Part shown: one piece after another, positions 60,204-64,000 of the stretch
Position numbering within the stretch: the stretch's first letter is position 1
How the letters are laid out: every line of letters starts with the position of its first letter
Position numbers and translations under genes: made by a program
The notes under the pieces: model-generated
The model's database searches: none
The model's input: the letters and a program-made list of their open reading frames with translations, nothing else
What the model was told of the DNA's origin: nothing
DNA from: an uncultured Phycisphaeraceae bacterium
Lineage (GTDB): Bacteria > Planctomycetota > Phycisphaerae > UBA1845
Direction of reading: 5' to 3'
NCBI GenBank assembly: GCA_964495075.1
Contig: CAZBUJ010000004.1
Span: 13,755-77,754, forward strand
Length of the DNA stretch: 64,000 nucleotides

Positions 60204-63200
60204 ATGAGGAGTCGAGTACTAGGGCTGACGATCATCGCGATCCTGCTCGCGGTGGCACCGCCGGCAACCGTATGGGCCCAGTTCACATCGGAAAACGTGG
60301 GCTTCAACGGATCGTTCGGCGACCCGATCCAAGACGAGGAGATGTTCCAGCGGCCGGAAGCCTCCGGCACGACGGACGAGTACATCGTACCGAATGTGAC
60401 CGGGCGCGACTTCAACGCGGCGTACCGGGAGCAGGCCATCCTGAGCGAAGGGAACGCCGGCTTGTTTGTCTTCTTCGACTGGGTGGACACCACCTCGCCT
60501 GACGCGTGGCTGCGCCTGACCACCTTCAACGGTGCCGATCGGCCGAACCCCGCCTTGGACGTGAACGGTTTGGTTCGGTTCAAGATCGGTGTGGGTCAGA
60601 GTTCGCTCCACGGTCCGATCGGCCTGTGCATCGGAATTCGTGAAACGGGTGTGGCGACACCGCAGTTGTGGGATGGCGGCGTATCGGGCGACATCGAATG
60701 GGTCGGTGTCGACACCAGCAGCGTAACGGCTATCCATGGCGGCGAAAACGCGGAGATCGAATCGACGCTGGGCGGTGACGACCGCGTCGTCGTCGTCGAT
60801 CCGGATACGCCGGGCGCCTTCGAGGCGATCTCGTGGGGTCCCAACGGCGTTTTCGAGTCGACGTTGGGCGGCGACGACGACGTGGAAATACGCGGCGCCT
60901 TCGTCGGCACCAACGGCATCCGCGGACCCATACCGGTCCTGTTCCTGCCGCGGTCACCGGCGATGAAGCAGATCGTGTTCAATCTCGAGACCGGTGCGGT
61001 GTCGGTCGACGAGACCCCGCAGGGAGGCGGCATTGTCGGTTTCACCGGCGATGGCGATCTCTCCACCGATAACGGGTGGGGTGTGTTCGAGCACATCGCC
61101 GTCACCAACATCAGCACCGACCCCAAGGAAAAGGTCGTTTTCGGCATCGACGAACTGCAATTCGAAGGGAGCCTGCCGGATCCGGTGCCGGCCCCGATCG
61201 TCGTGTCCCCTATCATCGCGGGCGACGAGGAGGTGACCGTTACCAACCTGCTCTACCACGTCGACGAGGTCACCCTCTATATCAACGGCGAAGAGGCTGA
61301 GACCGGCACGGGCATGCCTGGCCAGGACATCGTCATCAACCTCTCGTCGCCCGCCGTCGAGGGCGACGTCTACACGGCCACCCAGTCCACCGATCAGAGC
61401 GGCTCCACGGTGACCAGCGAGCAGTCGGCCGGGGTCACGGTGCTGTCCGCCGCGCCGCCGGTGACCTTCTCGATTCTGCTCGATGAAGGCGGTACCGGTA
61501 GCTGCGACTACACGACCGGCGGCTGGGAGTGGGTCGGTGTCACCGATGTCAGCGGCTGGGTCCCGCAGGGCGCCGCGTTGTTCCAGAATGAAGGCGTGTG
61601 GCAGACGATCGACGTTCCGCTGAACGACGATGACTACGTGATCGCCGGTCTCGGTGGTGATGGGAGCATTGAGCCGTCACCGGCTGAGGACCATGCCTAC
61701 ACGATGGACAGCATCTGGTTCACCATCGATCCGGAAGCCGACTCCAACGGCCTGGGGCCGTGGGAAGTGTTCGTCGACGCCGTTCAGGTGCTCGACGATT
61801 TCGGCGAGCCGACCGCCGCCATCCTCAGCATCGAGGATGACACGAACCGGTTCCAGTATCCACGTGGCCAGAGCTCGGCTACGCCGACGTCGTCTACGAT
61901 CTCGACGTTGGCCGCCTACGACGGCAGTCACAGTCACCGGTTCGAGTGGACGTACTCCGAGGCGGATCCGGGCCAGACGCTGGGCATGCTCCAGCGGATC
62001 GGCTACACCTGCGCGACCAGCGCGCGGGTCCCGGATACGTCGAGTGCCATTCGGTTCCACCTGCTGCTGCGGCGCGTCTCCGACAACGTGGTACCGCTAC
62101 CCGAGGTCGCGGGCCCGATTATCGTGGGTACGCAGGACTCGGTTCGCGTATACAACGACGCGGACGCGTCGTCCGTGCAACTGTACGTGAATGGTACGGC
62201 CACCGGTGACCCGGTTACGCCGAGCGGAACCGAGACCGACTTCACGGCGCTGACCCTCGTGCCGGGGGACTCGATCTCCGCCGTGCAAACCGTGGAAGGC
62301 CAGGACAGCGAGTTGGCCTACCCGAAGGTCGTCTCCGATGTCGTGCTCCCGCCGTCGCTGGCGCCGCCGATTCTGCCCGGTGTGACCACGGTAACGGTGA
62401 ACAACGTGGTATTCGCTCCGTTTGCGGAAGCCGATCCGGTCGAGGTTTACGTGAATGGCTCGCCGTGGGGCTCCGCGGCCGCCACCGGCGCGTCGACGGA
62501 AGTGACCGGGCCGACGGAACTCGTCAATGGTGACGAGGTCACGGCTCGCCAGACCGTCAACGGGATCACGAGCGAGTTCTCCGATCCGGTCACCGTCGAA
62601 TTCCTTGCTCCGGTGCTCTACAAGGCACCGGCCGCCGGTGATACCGAGGTCAAAGTCCTGCTCGTCTACGGGTCGGCCACCGTCACTGTCGTGCTTCGCG
62701 ACGAGGGCGGCGCCGAGGTCGACACGTTCACCGGCACGCCCGAAGGTGACGAGGGTTATGCACTCGTCCCCGTGAGCGGCCTGGTCGCGGGTTACACCAT
62801 CACGGCCTACCAGACCGTGGGTGGCGACAACAGTCCGGAGTCCGCGTCGGAGACGGTCACGGTGGGGACGGCCACCGATGTCTTCCAGGACGATATGGAG
62901 AGCTACGTGGACCAGGACGATTTCGAGAACGATGTGGATCCATCACCCGAACCGCGGGATCGGGGCTGGTGGCCCTCATCGGGCGATCCGGGCCTGTTCC
63001 TGGTCGACGACAAGAACTTCACCATCGGCGGGTCGCAGTCCGCGTACTGCCCGCTGGGTCAGTCTCCGCCGGAAGGCGGCTGGACTGACGGTTGGCAGAG
63101 CAACCACGACTTCTCCTATCGGGCGACCCCGATCGATCCGGTCGGCTCCACGTTGACCGAGCCGATCGTCTATTCGGTGGCGATCTACGACACGCAGGGC

Positions 63201-64000
63201 GCGGGCGCGGACGACCTGCGTCAATGGTCGGAGATGCGTGACTACCACTCGGGTGGCCTGGGCGGCCTGATCGCGGTCGGCATGCCGGGGAGCAGCTTCT
63301 TCACTGGCATCGACAATGACTACTACCAGGCCCGCGTGCTTTATGGTGGTCCGAACTACATCAACCTGGACCAGTACGAGGCCCCGACCCGGACCATCGG
63401 CTGGCACGTGTTCACGGCGGTTGTCAAGCCGACCAGCATCGATTTCTACATCGACAAGAAGCTGGCTTACAAGGGCGCGCCGAGGAACGACATCGTGTAC
63501 GACAACATGTACATGGGGTCGGGCTACGAACCGCTCTTCGACGCCTGGTACGACAACTTCTGGGTCCGCACCGGCAAGGTGGAGTTCGATGAAGGTGAGG
63601 AGCAGGTGCCGCCGCCGCCGACCCTCGACAGCGCGGTCGAGGAGGGCGACACCACGGTGGCCGTCGAAGACGTGGCCTCCGGCGTGACCGAGGTGGTGGT
63701 CTATGCCGGTGCCGAGCAAATCGGCACGGCTGACCCGGAGGGTGCGGCCACGGTGGACGTGCCGGTGACGCCACTGGTGTACGGCGACGTGATAACCGCC
63801 ACGCAGGCCAACGCGGTCGGTGCATCTGACCCCTCGAACGAGATCGAGGTGGGCAAGGGCGTCGGTGACATCCTGGTCTGCATTGGCGTTCGTGACGAGA
63901 CGAGCGCGATCGAGTGGATTGGCGCTTCGATGGCCGTCGACGGTGCCCCGCAGGGGACGCCGATCAGCCCGTCCGAGGCGTGGCAAACGCTCGAGTTCGA
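60204..64000 (+). CDS. Giant secreted Ig-repeat protein, 3' end outside window; absent from the supplied ORF track
   Basis: ATG 60204 lies 7 nt after GGAGGA (60191-60196). I read the frame as open for 1265 codons to the window edge, and no track ORF occupies this frame. Signal peptide MRSRVLGLTIIAILLAVAPPATVWA. It is collinear and similar to CDS 42913-46626 (AWLRLTT, SGDIEWVGVDTS, TFSILLDE, GWEWV, DSNGLGPWE). Confidence 0.8.
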   Translation, partial: MRSRVLGLTIIAILLAVAPPATVWAQFTSENVGFNGSFGDPIQDEEMFQRPEASGTTDEYIVPNVTGRDFNAAYREQAILSEGNAGLFVFFDWVDTTSPDAWLRLTTFNGADRPNPALDVNGLVRFKIGVGQSSLHGPIGLCIGIRETGVATPQLWDGGVSGDIEWVGVDTSSVTAIHGGENAEIESTLGGDDRVVVVDPDTPGAFEAISWGPNGVFESTLGGDDDVEIRGAFVGTNGIRGPIPVLFLPRSPAMKQIVFNLETGAVSVDETPQGGGIVGFTGDGDLSTDNGWGVFEHIAVTNISTDPKEKVVFGIDELQFEGSLPDPVPAPIVVSPIIAGDEEVTVTNLLYHVDEVTLYINGEEAETGTGMPGQDIVINLSSPAVEGDVYTATQSTDQSGSTVTSEQSAGVTVLSAAPPVTFSILLDEGGTGSCDYTTGGWEWVGVTDVSGWVPQGAALFQNEGVWQTIDVPLNDDDYVIAGLGGDGSIEPSPAEDHAYTMDSIWFTIDPEADSNGLGPWEVFVDAVQVLDDFGEPTAAILSIEDDTNRFQYPRGQSSATPTSSTISTLAAYDGSHSHRFEWTYSEADPGQTLGMLQRIGYTCATSARVPDTSSAIRFHLLLRRVSDNVVPLPEVAGPIIVGTQDSVRVYNDADASSVQLYVNGTATGDPVTPSGTETDFTALTLVPGDSISAVQTVEGQDSELAYPKVVSDVVLPPSLAPPILPGVTTVTVNNVVFAPFAEADPVEVYVNGSPWGSAAATGASTEVTGPTELVNGDEVTARQTVNGITSEFSDPVTVEFLAPVLYKAPAAGDTEVKVLLVYGSATVTVVLRDEGGAEVDTFTGTPEGDEGYALVPVSGLVAGYTITAYQTVGGDNSPESASETVTVGTATDVFQDDMESYVDQDDFENDVDPSPEPRDRGWWPSSGDPGLFLVDDKNFTIGGSQSAYCPLGQSPPEGGWTDGWQSNHDFSYRATPIDPVGSTLTEPIVYSVAIYDTQGAGADDLRQWSEMRDYHSGGLGGLIAVGMPGSSFFTGIDNDYYQARVLYGGPNYINLDQYEAPTRTIGWHVFTAVVKPTSIDFYIDKKLAYKGAPRNDIVYDNMYMGSGYEPLFDAWYDNFWVRTGKVEFDEGEEQVPPPPTLDSAVEEGDTTVAVEDVASGVTEVVVYAGAEQIGTADPEGAATVDVPVTPLVYGDVITATQANAVGASDPSNEIEVGKGVGDILVCIGVRDETSAIEWIGASMAVDGAPQGTPISPSEAWQTLEF

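Overview
The window is about 65-68% GC, gene-dense bacterial DNA with no rRNA, tRNA, CRISPR array, transposase, integrase or recognisable defence gene. All family calls come from reading motifs in the translations; no homology search was run. Two PEP-CTERM tails, a DUF1559-type prepilin-like protein with an N-terminal methylation motif, giant secreted proteins with dockerin/EF-hand-like tails, several lipoproteins and two Tat signals suggest Planctomycetota, possibly Phycisphaerae (inference). I support 36 CDSs. Their dominant theme is breakdown and catabolism of cell-wall or amino-sugar polymers. The peptide-side enzymes are a MurNAc-L-Ala amidase, NlpC/P60 peptidases, an M14 peptidase fragment, PBP4, alanine racemase, a D-aminoacylase and a beta-lactamase-like hydrolase. 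The sugar-side enzymes are two GH20 hexosaminidases, GHL10, DUF4434, a clan GH-A hydrolase, a phosphodiester glycosidase, an N-acylglucosamine 2-epimerase, NagB and a long NagB-LmbE fusion. Five importer-type membrane proteins accompany them. I read this as a candidate peptidoglycan (muropeptide) scavenging super-locus with several uncharacterised components. The main hunt results follow. (1) A >1265-codon ORF at 60204 to the window end is missing from the supplied track, and it is a paralogue of the giant Kelch protein at 42913-46626. (2) An NlpC/P60 protein carries an Amidase_3-like domain in which all metal and catalytic residues are substituted. (3) A tightly spaced set (two of three junctions at 10 nt or less) contains a GH20, a small HExxH protein, a transporter with an insert, and an orphan hydantoinase-A-like protein. 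(4) A dacB/alr/spmAB neighbourhood echoes the Bacillus dacB-spmA-spmB operon. (5) A 150-bp AT-ended inverted-repeat element lies at 50841-50990. The many long antisense ORFs in the track are high-GC shadows and were rejected.
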